Shown: positions 48,601-57,184, counted from the stretch's first letter. The stretch is DNA of 64,000 bases from an archaeon (GCA_043803745.1 JAZDJS010000026.1:1-64000), one strand, 5' to 3'. Program-made: numbers and translations. The notes: generated by a model from the letters alone, not told the origin.

Positions 48601-50012
48601 ACTCGACAATCGGCTCCGTTGTTTATCCGGCGAACCAGACGATTTCCCAGATTTACAGCGGCCAGTACGGGGAAGCGAACTTCACCGTAATGGGCTCGCC
48701 TACAACGCTTGGAACCGAAACCCTTACGGCGAGGATTCACTCCGGTCTTGACGCGAACTCCGGATGGCCAGCGACAATCTCGGTTGCGACGGCAAGCACG
48801 GCGGTTGTCATCGTAGACCTGACGGCGCCCTTCGTAATCCAGGGAACAAGCCCGCTCAGCAACTACAACTACTCTTCCCCGACAGTCCAATTCGACACTT
48901 TCGCTTTCGACAACTTCCGCTTGAACTACACTGCCGTCTACGGCAACTGGTCCGGCGGCTGGGGCGCGAAATCTCTGAACTCGACCCCGCTCAACAACAC
49001 CTGGTGGAACCAGACAATCGCGATTTCTGATGGAATCTATCTCTGGGGTCTCTTTGCAAATGACACCTCGGGCAACTGGAACCTGACTGCCAACAGAACC
49101 TTCACAGTCGACACTGTCGCACCTTCTTCAGTAATTTCAGCTCCAGTGAACACAACCAACACGACAGATTCAACCCCGACAATCACAGGAACCGCCTCTG
49201 ACGCGACCTCCGGAGTGAGAAGGGTCTGGCTCAGCTCAGACGGTTCGACCTGGAACCTTGCGACGGGAACGACCGCCTGGACCTACACTTTCGGCACCCT
49301 GTCAGAAGGAATCCACGTTATCGAATCAAAAGCTGAAGACTGGGCAGGGAACAACCAGTCAGCCTTCGGAGAAGTCTACATAACAATCGACACGGTTGCG
49401 CCCTTCGTAATCCAGGGAACCAACCCGCTTGACACCTTCAACTCCTCTTTAGCATCGGTTACTTTCGATCTCATGGGAATTGACAATCTCTTCCTGCATT
49501 CGCTTGCCGTCTACGGCAACTGGTCCGGCGGCTGGGGCGCGAAATCTCTGAACTCGACCCCGCTCAACAACACCTGGTGGAACTCGACTCTTTCCCTCCC
49601 CGACGGCTACTTTGTCTGGGGCGCATATGCGAACGATTCCTCCGGAAACGGCAACTTTTCCTCAGCCAACAGGACGCTTTTGGTTGACACGACCGCGCCT
49701 TCGTATGGCGCCTCGCTCGGCCAGAACACGACTGAGATAAACGTTTCCCTCGGCGAGGTTGCGCTCCTGTACTCGTACTGGTCTGATGCGCTTGCCGGAC
49801 TTGCCGGCTCAATCCTCTCAACGAACGAGACCGGCGCGTTCGCAAACTACACGTCAATTGCCCTTTCCGGAAGCGGAGCCTGGTCCAACTTCACCTGGAC
49901 GAACACGACAGCTCTTGCGAATGGCACGGCTGTCGCCTGGAGAATCTGGGCGAACGACACCCTAGGGAACTGGAACTTGACAACTGAAACGATAATAACA
50001 GTGATAACTTAA
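42696..50012 (+). CDS. giant secreted beta-repeat glycoprotein B (2438 aa), paralog of A with extra Ig-like C-terminal modules
   Basis: Colinear with A (e.g. DTGKH, CVGTGT, TLKVVS.DWGGA.LNGTT, HAQNII); extra DTxAP Ig-like repeats; TAATG translational coupling. Confidence 0.9.
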   Translation: MANGRGKLAAASITLLYLALSLAFSIPVFTADLSPNAVSTGQNVSFTLVVSNTGSELIENVSISMNPLNSEGKITSADCDASRFSGSIITGTNLNLLICLRQGSSGISTGQSATIRFNFSAAPLSKPIPNPVTISIYAYNTTQESDFRTDGVEFENAASLSTTLSSPLPSRIIAGQTGIFANFTVINNGDATASTVTPAASIGAPYGSITPTVIPAPQNILGGGSRTFEARFDLPSGAASSSLTLNFNATGTDVNSLLNTTTQASSTATVYLQPNLQIYSITPNITFASANPGYRTVRLSVLAGVLGSAATISEANITGFSLKIVSGSGVDESSSYTSPLRTDSVVSIAAGTNATLTFELSINNPGEGQKYANVSLNYNDGIAGISPNQTALNNGTIFAVDNTNPTINIVSATSDSGAGFFRQGETITVSSTVTDALSGIGSPSCSVSIGGISAGTLSFTSNSCNGTVQIPQDSSIYGSEILSISTSDAVGNLGTGTLTVQIYTLAVNTTDILTGADIKDGSDLSNATVYATNSSGGQTFSCTPLYGTKTHLCGVPLGTVVNISATSPAYVRSNNTTDSSRICVGTGTLSSCAGALPSGGFAQITISLTPNTKITVLNEFNRTILYGNVTVGDSAATPWYKSFMDGGAYDHNTTINGIIVAPIDTGKHTSPFQVRFNLDASMNPGYLAATNSNYVPSQENQTNLTITARFTIFVRLFTEFGAPLNTTTGTVSFSHSSGTFPCIQNPANYSEYGCLVPTLTENPGLSSGGNITITKPGYVTKRIQGAVPPANPSAAQVQASELLQFDLAVRVTDEFGLANLTTSEVSRVSLISSNCTYGSGGFWGCPAVSGDEIGITVEPLSSSGYLVKTSQIIPFVDYVQSSVVIPLKYSLKIFARDELGNYLNATNISEIKFLFGSGVSCTRNGNTSEWGCPVSAGTAAAPVHVNASSSSGRLNYVIAAQAIPANTSESQLVNYSANNFTIRVLPASEMGTELPLSGLYVSWGGQNACIQSGSYWYCPANASIATNVSSGAVGFINYLNSSVNSPALSGSQLLVTTANKYSILVNTLDEFGTPRNFSSGRVSFGSVSCVSSAGRPYEWGCPSPAGTLSQANVSHPGYINFTSPASYTAPEQTAAQVVINSANKFTLRANIYDELGQELPSAQVSSGSVDCYLIGGQPVNSYFCPLVPPQASLTISKTGFVSSTVQISSLNYTEQQVITINSSSTSPKYSAVLTIRRSPSSNDETEMTSATFFNLTNSASIPYSQRVQNRYYFALAEGSASLIIRHQSTYVDRAYNFTTSSVAQHVGEPVLDYPLKAIVIAEDGAGIEGATLALNVSGTFIESNTISEYYSSLANGAYSVYASKVGFVTSSPQAFSINTTYPANQTTVQVSLKYTLKVVSNDWGGAPLNGTTISVTGQSILTNPESLNTAYFPVNPATSPVVNVTVSKTGYNTVAFVSVPISASSQNVTTTSHAQNIIAQVQNWAGSPLSDAVLRLHSNGAEVADCVTTASGTCTFVSTNGISTTGNFNSSEMPPGASVSFSAEKPDYWNARSGNYTYAAQNSSPPQSLGALRIGIPPKVLVVKGWNTSLPVDDAAVVLNAGSTQISSNSTDSGGYAIFLPNYSAASSGSDFFISGAEASSGANLSAQGSKTGYSGNITSFSFSPDTNSTIVLVLSDSVPPQLELNLSGRDGTAFVGFENFNVSLFSDELYPQDSSGVNYSGSSYRISWANGTIARGSASLSSCSGYWCNLTEINGWDLPVGSLYVVVNVTDGQGNWNSTNISFVSAPGLNETFVTIEKSTASSAGDDFFLVTWGLVVKGTQGKLRASNLYPVNCSSSCAEFPIQGWANLVYTDVASCYGTARYSVVKNTFPAGQTPATFCDYDFSTQYAREQNVSLKIIVPTGLANARYNASYYWTALQQDLPRANVSVSSVTSSNSSPETGTNFTVTVRVYDDANGGTADDILVSLNSTIGSVVYPANQTISQIYSGQYGEANFTVMGSPTTLGTETLTARIHSGLDANSGWPATISVATASTAVVIVDLTAPFVIQGTSPLSNYNYSSPTVQFDTFAFDNFRLNYTAVYGNWSGGWGAKSLNSTPLNNTWWNQTIAISDGIYLWGLFANDTSGNWNLTANRTFTVDTVAPSSVISAPVNTTNTTDSTPTITGTASDATSGVRRVWLSSDGSTWNLATGTTAWTYTFGTLSEGIHVIESKAEDWAGNNQSAFGEVYITIDTVAPFVIQGTNPLDTFNSSLASVTFDLMGIDNLFLHSLAVYGNWSGGWGAKSLNSTPLNNTWWNSTLSLPDGYFVWGAYANDSSGNGNFSSANRTLLVDTTAPSYGASLGQNTTEINVSLGEVALLYSYWSDALAGLAGSILSTNETGAFANYTSIALSGSGAWSNFTWTNTTALANGTAVAWRIWANDTLGNWNLTTETIITVIT
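48932..49583 (+). repeat. identical 79-bp direct repeat (48932-49010 and 49505-49583) inside giant gene B
   Basis: tgccgtctacggcaactggtccggcggctggggcgcgaaatctctgaactcgaccccgctcaacaacacctggtggaac occurs twice at offset 573; a 23-bp identical block (48825/49398) has the same offset. Confidence 0.92.
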
Positions 50013-50028
50013 AAAGGAAAGGAGAAAA

Positions 50029-51738
50029 ATGGAAAAGAGGGAAATGGGGATTAAGATTGCCGCGGCAGGGATTCTTGCAATTCTCCTGCTTGTTGCGCTC
50101 CCCCTCGTCCTCGCGGACACGCCCTTCCCGGGATATTTCGAGGTGATTCCCTCCTGCCTTTCGACTCTCACCTGCGGTCAGGGACCGAACATAACAGTCA
50201 ATGGAACGGGGATAGTCAACCTCCTTGCCGCTCCAGCCAACGGCGCTGCCGACGGGCTTGTCACCGGAGTTCCAGTCAACGTGACCTGGGAAACCACGAC
50301 GGACGGCTCAAGCCCTTACCCGATGAATTCCTCAGTCTGGAGAGCCAACTCATCAGGACATTTCCTTCTCGGGAGCAACGCAACTGTTTCTGCAAGCCAC
50401 AGGGTGCAGATAGGGCCCTTCGAATATTCCGAGGCATACTGCCCCTCGGCAGGCTGCGAGATTCGCCTCGTCGTTTCCAGCTGCAACGCAACGAGCGGAA
50501 TGTGCATAAACTCCTCGGCTGACAACTCAACATTCTCAATTGTCGTAGCGCCGTCCCTCTACAATTTCTCCTACCTGCCGGCAAGCCCGAAGACAGGGGA
50601 TCTCGTAACGCTCAGCTGGAACACATATTCGGCAATGAACCATTCGGCGACCTGGACCGGCGGTTCCGCGGCAAACGCAAGCTATCTGACGGGGCATTCC
50701 GTCCAGGCAGGCTATTTCAACTATTCCGAAAATCCGGTCTTCTCAATCAGGTCCTGCTCCTCGGGAAGCCAGTGCGAGCTGAAGAACCAGCAGGTCAACA
50801 TAAGCCTAAGCACTGCCGGACTTGCCCTCTCGTCAACTTCGCCGAGCACGGCAATCACCGCAAGCTGGACAACCCACAACTCATCGAACGGCACACTCTT
50901 CTTCTCGGTTAACGGAGGCGCAGTGCAGAACTCAACCGACGGCAGCTTTTCAACGGGCCATTCGGCAGCTTTGGGAAGCTTCGCAGCAGGGGATTCCATA
51001 ACCTACTATGCCCGGAGCTGCCTCCTTCCGAACAACTGCGAGACAACCGCGAACGCGACAGCGACAATCTCGGCAACTTTGACGACAACAATCCCGCCAG
51101 CAACTACGACAGTTTCCACCGGCGGAGGGGGAAGCGGCGGATTCTTCGGGGGGACGGTCACGACAATACCCGCAGTTGCAATTCCCGCGGGCTCAGAATA
51201 CGCCTATAGGGCCCTCCCTGCCGGGCTTCCGGCAAGCTTCGCAGTCAACGGCACGTCCCAGGCAATAATCCTCGTCACTTTCACGCACAGCCAATATGTT
51301 CCCAACGCGACAATCGTTCTTCAGCGGGTGCTTTCATTCTCCGGAACACGCCCCCCGGGAGCCGTTTACCAGTATGTCAACCTCACCCACTATTACGTCG
51401 ACGAGTCGAAATTGGTTCTCCCCGTCAAGATAGAATTCAGAGTGTCCAAGCAATGGGTCGCTGACAGCAACATTGACCGCGCGACAATTTCCCTCTACCG
51501 GCTGTCCGGAGGAAGCTGGCAGGCTCTCGAAACGGTCCATTCGGGGGAAGACGCCCAATACTACTACTTCAAGTCGAATTCTCCGGGGCTTTCCCTTTTC
51601 GCAATAACCGGGCTTTCAAGGACCGCTTTCTGGGATCTCATAAACCTAATCGAGGTCTATTACGCGGGAGACCCCTCGGTGGACTTTTGGAAGGTCCTTG
51701 ATGCCCTGACCGCATATTACTCTTCGGGAGGAAACTGA
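50029..51738 (+). CDS. secreted FN3-like + PGF-pre-PGF domain protein with duplicated-helix (dockerin-like) tail
   Basis: Signal peptide; W.T....H repeats; Thr/Gly linker; VYQYVN..IEFRVSKQWV..SLYR..W..L.T..SPGLSLFAITG; tail FWDLINLIEVYY..DFWKVLDALTAYY. Confidence 0.85.
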   Translation: MEKREMGIKIAAAGILAILLLVALPLVLADTPFPGYFEVIPSCLSTLTCGQGPNITVNGTGIVNLLAAPANGAADGLVTGVPVNVTWETTTDGSSPYPMNSSVWRANSSGHFLLGSNATVSASHRVQIGPFEYSEAYCPSAGCEIRLVVSSCNATSGMCINSSADNSTFSIVVAPSLYNFSYLPASPKTGDLVTLSWNTYSAMNHSATWTGGSAANASYLTGHSVQAGYFNYSENPVFSIRSCSSGSQCELKNQQVNISLSTAGLALSSTSPSTAITASWTTHNSSNGTLFFSVNGGAVQNSTDGSFSTGHSAALGSFAAGDSITYYARSCLLPNNCETTANATATISATLTTTIPPATTTVSTGGGGSGGFFGGTVTTIPAVAIPAGSEYAYRALPAGLPASFAVNGTSQAIILVTFTHSQYVPNATIVLQRVLSFSGTRPPGAVYQYVNLTHYYVDESKLVLPVKIEFRVSKQWVADSNIDRATISLYRLSGGSWQALETVHSGEDAQYYYFKSNSPGLSLFAITGLSRTAFWDLINLIEVYYAGDPSVDFWKVLDALTAYYSSGGN

Positions 51739-51739
51739 A

Positions 51740-52777
51740 ATGAAGATGAGAAAACGACATGCAAGCTACCAGCATCTTGCCGCGGCAATCATTTTCCTTC
51801 TTGCGCTGGTGGTCGGTGTCGCATCCGCAGCAACGAGCGTTTCCTTCGAATTCACAGGTCCCGATGGGATCCTTCCCGGAAAAACCGGCGCCTACCGCGC
51901 GACAATCTCGCCAAACGAGGCAGTTTCGGGATTCGACTTGGCGGTCCTTGTGCCTTCCGGATGGAGCATAGATTCCTGGTCCGCTTCCGGATATTCCCGC
52001 AGCGCAATAACGCTCGACACGCGAAGCAGGTCCTACAGGGGGTTGCCTTATACGGCATACCACTGGAAATTCGCGAACGCCCTTTCCGCCGGGGAGAACA
52101 TTTCATTCTCGTTGAACGTCAAAGTTCCGGAAACCGAAGCTATTGGGACCCGGAAGGAAATCTCCGCAATCTGGACCAACCCGAGCGGATTCGGCACAGA
52201 GAACAGGAACGTCAGCATCGCAAGCGCCTCAATTCTGTGCGGCGACGGCGCCTGCTCGTCAGGGGAAACTTGTTCAACCTGCCCGAAGGACTGCGGAGTC
52301 TGCTGGACGCCAGTATGCGGCGACGGCGCCTGCTCCCCCGGAGAAGTCTCCTGCCAGGCCGACTGCGGGAATGGAAACACTCCGGTTAACACACCGACGA
52401 CGGCAGGAAACTCAGGAAGCATCTTCGGAACCTTCGAAGGCAGCAGGAATTATCTGCTCTACGGAGGCTTGATTGTCCTTGTGCTTGCCCTGATAATGGT
52501 CGCGATATATGTTGTCAGGAAGGTTTCCGGGAGGCCGCGGGCGTTGGAACCGAGCCAGCCAATCCCCCTCGAGGAATACAATCGCGCCCAGGAGGCGGGC
52601 TCGCCCCTGCGCGACCAGGTTTCCGGGCGCTTTGACGTAAGACCGGTGAACCGGCAGCTTGAGAGGGCAACCGTCACGCCAAGGGAAATCGACACGACCG
52701 AGAAGAAAATCGTCCTTCTGAAAAAGGCAATGATGCGGATAAACAAGGTAATGGACGACCTTGGGAAAAACCTTTGA
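51740..52777 (+). CDS. membrane-anchored protein: cohesin/Ig-like domain, CGDGxC Cys repeats, TM, cytoplasmic coiled coil
   Basis: Signal peptide; PG...Y.ATISP..AVSGFDL...VPSGW; CGDGACSSGETCSTCPKDC-type repeat x2; TM LLYGGLIVLVLALIMVAIYVV. Confidence 0.8.
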   Translation: MKMRKRHASYQHLAAAIIFLLALVVGVASAATSVSFEFTGPDGILPGKTGAYRATISPNEAVSGFDLAVLVPSGWSIDSWSASGYSRSAITLDTRSRSYRGLPYTAYHWKFANALSAGENISFSLNVKVPETEAIGTRKEISAIWTNPSGFGTENRNVSIASASILCGDGACSSGETCSTCPKDCGVCWTPVCGDGACSPGEVSCQADCGNGNTPVNTPTTAGNSGSIFGTFEGSRNYLLYGGLIVLVLALIMVAIYVVRKVSGRPRALEPSQPIPLEEYNRAQEAGSPLRDQVSGRFDVRPVNRQLERATVTPREIDTTEKKIVLLKKAMMRINKVMDDLGKNL

Positions 52778-52859
52778 GGCGGAAAACCGATATTTATCGG
52801 CTACTAAAAACTTATAAAGGGGAAAATGTCGGATATTAAAACTTTTTGGTGGCTGAAAA

Positions 52860-53789
52860 ATGGCTCTTTTGGAAAAGGACATGGAAGGGGTTCTGCAATG
52901 CCCCGAGTGCGGAAGCAAGAAGATTTTCAAGGACAAAAGCCGCGGGGAGATAGTTTGCGCAGCCTGCGGCCTCGTCATCGAGGACGATATGGTGGACTTT
53001 TCGCAGGAATGGCGCGAGTTCGACTCCGGGGACTCCGACAAGAAGAGACGTAGCGGGGCCCCGATTTCCCTCGCGCGCCACGACAAGGGGATCTCGACGG
53101 AAATAGGCCTGGGATATGCGGACATATTCCGCCTTCCCGCAAGCAAGAGGCCGAAATTCTTCCGGCTGAAGAAATGGCAGCAGCGGATCTCGACCGCGAC
53201 CGAGCGCAACCTGAAGTACGCGCTTGCGGAACTGAAAAGGTACACCTCATTCCTCAACCTGCCGCATTCGGTCGAGGAGACAATCGCCCTCCTTTACAGG
53301 AAAGCCGTCGCAAAGGAGCTTGTGAGGGGAAGAAGCATGGAATCCGTTATTGCCGGGGCGCTTTACGCCGCATGCAGAGAACATGGAACGCCGAGGACTC
53401 TTGACGAAATCTCCGAGGTTTCGCACGTCCCGAAGAGGGAAATAGGGCGGACCTACCGCTTTCTAGCAAGGCAGGTCGGGCTCCGGATTCTCCCGACGGA
53501 CCCTGCCGACTACATCCCGAGATTCGCGTCCCAGCTCAACCTTTCGGGGAGCGTCGTGACAAAGGCGCTTGAGATACTCAAGCAGTCGAAGGAGAAGGAG
53601 CTGACAAGCGGACGTGGCCCGACGGGAGTTGCGGCGGCGGTGCTTTACATTGCTGCGCAGGTTGTCGGGGAAAAACGAACCCAGAGGCAGGTCGCCGATG
53701 TTGCGGGAGTAACCGAGGTCACGATACGGAACCGGTACAAGGAGCTTGTGAAGGAGCTGAACCTCACGAACCTCCAGATTGAAGAGTGA
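52860..53789 (+). CDS. tfb: transcription initiation factor TFB
   Basis: CPECGS..RGEIVC..CGLV, EWREF, ERNL, GRS, RTL.E, SGRGP.G.AAA, VTEVTIRNRYKEL. Confidence 0.98.
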   Translation: MALLEKDMEGVLQCPECGSKKIFKDKSRGEIVCAACGLVIEDDMVDFSQEWREFDSGDSDKKRRSGAPISLARHDKGISTEIGLGYADIFRLPASKRPKFFRLKKWQQRISTATERNLKYALAELKRYTSFLNLPHSVEETIALLYRKAVAKELVRGRSMESVIAGALYAACREHGTPRTLDEISEVSHVPKREIGRTYRFLARQVGLRILPTDPADYIPRFASQLNLSGSVVTKALEILKQSKEKELTSGRGPTGVAAAVLYIAAQVVGEKRTQRQVADVAGVTEVTIRNRYKELVKELNLTNLQIEE

Positions 53790-53799
53790 AAAGAGCGCA

Positions 53800-54879
53800 T
53801 CAAACAATTTCGAGTATTTTCCGCAAGGGCGCATCAGTCCTGAATCCATTCTCCGAGAAGTGGGTCCTTTCCGCCGAAAAGCCAGCCCCTCTCAGGGCGC
53901 CCAAAAGAACCTCAAGCTTCCCGGGAGCGGTGTGCTTGAAGCTGCAGAGGGCGTGATGCTCGTAGTGGAACGCGGGAAGCGAAGCTTCCTTCGAAATCCG
54001 TTCGAGGAGCGCCTTGCAAGCTCCAAAGCCCCTTTTGTCAGCTTCGGCAAGAGCCGCTTTGCAAAGGCTCCCGTCAAAAAGCCCGCCGATGTAAAGGGGC
54101 CCGATTTCCTTGATTCGCGAGCTTCCGCTGTCGCAAATGCACTGGGCCTTCCCGGTCGATGAGCGGAATCCGCAGGAGGGGCACCAAAAAAGGCTCCCAA
54201 TGTTTTCAAGGGCGGAATCAGAGCGCTTCGATCCCTTTTCCTTTCCGAAGTAAATCCGATAGTAATGGTTAGAGGAATGGCAGATGCGCGGAGTCAGCGC
54301 AACTTCGTATTTCGCAGCCATCCGGACGGCATATCCGGCGAGAATCCTTATGCCGACCTCATGGTAGAAGTCAGTCTTCACAACCCTTGCAAGATACTTG
54401 CGCCAGGTGACGCGCGGGTAGACTCCGCAAAGGGCTGCCGGGTCTGTCGCGGTTATTGCGAGGACGCTCCCGGCTGCGCGGGCAGCAAGATCCACAAAGG
54501 GGACCGGGGAACCGAACGGGTCAATGTCAACCGCATCCCAGCCGAAACCCTCCGCCATAAGCGAGTTCGCGTTCCGGCTTGCAACCGAAACCTTAGATGC
54601 AACCCGGTTTTCCCGCGCGTTTTTCTTGATCAGCCCGCAGGCAACCTTGCTTATGTCCCCGCACGTCACGGGTATGCCGATTTCCCGGGCAATCCGAACG
54701 CCCCGCGCGCCCGTTGCGGCGAGAGGATCGCAAACCGAGCGCACACCCATGGCCGAATAGACCGCAACCGAGAAATCCCTTGAAAGCTCCTGCACCGGAT
54801 TGTAGAAGACCGCGCCTTCCTCGGGTCGTTCCACTTTCGGAATCACAAGCTTGGTTTTACCCTCGACTATCTTTTTCAA
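53800..54879 (-). CDS. trm1: tRNA (guanine-26-N2)-dimethyltransferase
   Basis: VFYNP...RD, ATGARGVR, DIDPFGSP, TATD..LCG, HEVGIRIL, THF...GFRTDAP. Confidence 0.95.
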   Translation of the reverse strand: MKKIVEGKTKLVIPKVERPEEGAVFYNPVQELSRDFSVAVYSAMGVRSVCDPLAATGARGVRIAREIGIPVTCGDISKVACGLIKKNARENRVASKVSVASRNANSLMAEGFGWDAVDIDPFGSPVPFVDLAARAAGSVLAITATDPAALCGVYPRVTWRKYLARVVKTDFYHEVGIRILAGYAVRMAAKYEVALTPRICHSSNHYYRIYFGKEKGSKRSDSALENIGSLFWCPSCGFRSSTGKAQCICDSGSSRIKEIGPLYIGGLFDGSLCKAALAEADKRGFGACKALLERISKEASLPAFHYEHHALCSFKHTAPGKLEVLLGALRGAGFSAERTHFSENGFRTDAPLRKILEIV

Positions 54880-55342
54880 TTATCTCCGAAACCTCCCGTT
54901 CGACAAGATGTTTCCATTGCCCGCGCCCCGCGCGAATCCGCCTTCTTATTTCCGTCCCCGAATAGAGTCTTTTCTTAAGGAACTTGTGCCCCTCCGCTGC
55001 GAAGCCGGCTCTTGAGAAAGTCGAGAGAACCCAGGTGTTGCCGGAAACGACAATGTCGAACGGGCGGGCCCGCTCCAGGACCGCCGCAAGCCAATCGGCA
55101 TCCCGCCCGGTGTCGGGAACCGGGAAGGTCCTGAAGCGCGCGAGCTTCTTCCTCCTGAGCACCCTTTCAATCATCCTTTTTCGCTCTCGCCAGGAAAACG
55201 GATTTTCCCCGCCAGCCCTGGCGTTGCTCGAACCGATCGCAATTTCAAGGCGGTTCCGGCCCCCATTGGAAAGTCTTTCCAGCAGGAAAAAATGTCCCTT
55301 GTGGAACGGCTGGAACCGGCCTATCACCAGGATGACTGACAT
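54857..55342 (-). CDS. nadM: nicotinamide-nucleotide adenylyltransferase
   Basis: GRFQPFHKGH, IGSS, NPF...ER..M, SGTEIR. Confidence 0.9.
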   Translation of the reverse strand: MSVILVIGRFQPFHKGHFFLLERLSNGGRNRLEIAIGSSNARAGGENPFSWRERKRMIERVLRRKKLARFRTFPVPDTGRDADWLAAVLERARPFDIVVSGNTWVLSTFSRAGFAAEGHKFLKKRLYSGTEIRRRIRAGRGQWKHLVEREVSEIIEKDSRG

Positions 55343-55408
55343 TTGACCTAAGCTTCGGAGGTGTCTTTATAAAAAGAGTTTTTATGCAAAACCTCGGGCG
55401 CCCTTAAG

Positions 55409-57184
55409 ATGACCAAAAGAATTGCAATAGTCAGGCTGGAAAAGTGCAAGGCGCCGAAGGACTGTCCGTATCTCTGCATACGGGCGTGCCCCCCCGTGCG
55501 CGCAGGAAAGCAGACGATAATCGAAAACAAGGAGACGGGGAAGATAATAATCGAGGAGGAAACCTGCATCGGCTGCGGACTGTGCGTCAAAAAATGCCCT
55601 TTCGACGCAATAACCATAATCAATCTCCCGGAAGCCCTTGCCGAACCAATCCATCGTTTCGGGAAAAACAGCTTCGCACTTTACGGGCGGACGCTCCCCT
55701 TCCCCGAAAAAGGGGCCGTGACCGGCTTCCTCGGGCCGAACGGCTGCGGCAAGACAACCGTGGTCTCAATACTTTCCGGCTCGCTAATCCCCAACCTCAA
55801 CTCCCAGGAGGAAGGGCGCCTTCCCGCGGTAATTGAGCACTTCGCAGGGCAGGAGATACAGAAGCATTTCAAGGTTCTTGAGAAGGGCTCCCTTCGAGCG
55901 GCTGTGAAGCCGCAGCAAATTTCCGTGAGCGGAAGGATTGGCGAGACGCTCGTTTCCGAGGCAGCGGCGAAGGTTCCGGAGGAGACCCTCAGGGAGTTCA
56001 ACATCAGGCCCCTTTTTGGGAGGAAGATTTCAGAGCTTTCCGGCGGCGAGCTCCAGAGGCTGACAATCGCCCTTGCATATGGGAAGGATGCGGACCTTTA
56101 TTTCTTCGATGAGCCCTCCTCATTCCTCGACATCCGGGAGAGGATACGGACGGCAAAGCGGCTTCGCAATCTGGCAGGGACCGGCAAATCGGTCTTCCTT
56201 GTCGAGCACGACCTCACCCTCCTCGACACCGCGTCCGACAACGTGATCCTTTTCTACGGGGAGCCTTCCGTTTACGGGGTTGTCTCAATTCCGAAGACCC
56301 AGCGCGTCGGGATAAACACGTATCTTTCCGGATTTTCCCGGGACGAGAACATAAGATTCCGCCCCGGGGAGATAAAATTCTCGGAAAGGGCTCCGGTCGA
56401 GAAGATGTCGCGAAAGGAAGCAGTCCAGGAGTTCTCGAAAATAGAGAAGAAGCTCGGCGAGTTCTCCCTATTCGTCGAGGGGGGGAAGATACGCAAGGGC
56501 GAAGTTGTCGGAGTTGTCGGGGAGAACGGGACCGGAAAGACGACCTTCGTGAGAATCCTTGCCGGGGAAATGAAGCCCGACAGGGGCGACGTGAAAAAAC
56601 AGCTCATGAAGCTTTCCTACAAGCCTCAGCAGCTTGAAGTCGCGGACAGGGAGCTTGCGGTGCGGCAGTATCTGGCGGTCCCGATTGCCGAGGCAAGCGA
56701 CCTTAATTTCGAGAGCGAGGTTGCCGAGCCGCTCAGCCTGAGGCTCCTGATGCAGAAGAAGTTGGGCGAGCTTTCCGGCGGCGAGCTCCAGCGGGTTGTT
56801 ATCGCTGCCGCAATGATGAAGAAGGCGGACCTGTACCTCCTTGACGAGCCCTCGGCTTTCCTTGACGTCGAGCAAAGGCTCGAGGTTGCAAAGTTCATCA
56901 AGCGCGTGAACGAGAAACGGGGGGCGGGCGTCCTCGTCGTCGACCACGACGTGCTGTTCATAGATTACCTTGCCGACAGCCTCGTCGTCTTCTCCGGAAC
57001 CCCCGCGGTTTCAGCGAAGGCGGTCGGACCCCTGACAATGCGGGAAGGGATGAACCTTTTCCTTTCCGATCTCGGAGTGACTTTCAGGAGGGATCCCGAC
57101 ACCAAGAGGCCGCGCGCCAACAAGGAAGACAGCCGGCTTGACCGGGAGCAGAAGGGCACCGGGGAATATTACTTTTCGGGATAA
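55409..57184 (+). CDS. rli: ABCE1/RLI ribosome recycling ATPase
   Basis: N-terminal Fe-S Cys motifs (CIGCGLCVKKCP), two NBDs with LSGGELQR and DEPS, TFRRD...RPRANK. Confidence 0.97.
   Translation: MTKRIAIVRLEKCKAPKDCPYLCIRACPPVRAGKQTIIENKETGKIIIEEETCIGCGLCVKKCPFDAITIINLPEALAEPIHRFGKNSFALYGRTLPFPEKGAVTGFLGPNGCGKTTVVSILSGSLIPNLNSQEEGRLPAVIEHFAGQEIQKHFKVLEKGSLRAAVKPQQISVSGRIGETLVSEAAAKVPEETLREFNIRPLFGRKISELSGGELQRLTIALAYGKDADLYFFDEPSSFLDIRERIRTAKRLRNLAGTGKSVFLVEHDLTLLDTASDNVILFYGEPSVYGVVSIPKTQRVGINTYLSGFSRDENIRFRPGEIKFSERAPVEKMSRKEAVQEFSKIEKKLGEFSLFVEGGKIRKGEVVGVVGENGTGKTTFVRILAGEMKPDRGDVKKQLMKLSYKPQQLEVADRELAVRQYLAVPIAEASDLNFESEVAEPLSLRLLMQKKLGELSGGELQRVVIAAAMMKKADLYLLDEPSAFLDVEQRLEVAKFIKRVNEKRGAGVLVVDHDVLFIDYLADSLVVFSGTPAVSAKAVGPLTMREGMNLFLSDLGVTFRRDPDTKRPRANKEDSRLDREQKGTGEYYFSG

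Noticed and set aside
48932-49583. Diversity-generating retroelement TR/VR pair
   Set aside because: The repeats are identical with no adenine-specific mismatches, both lie in frame in one gene, and there is no reverse transcriptase in the window.
56032-56791. Repeated gagctttccggcggcgagctccag
   Set aside because: This is the LSGGELQ signature in both ABC domains of ABCE1.
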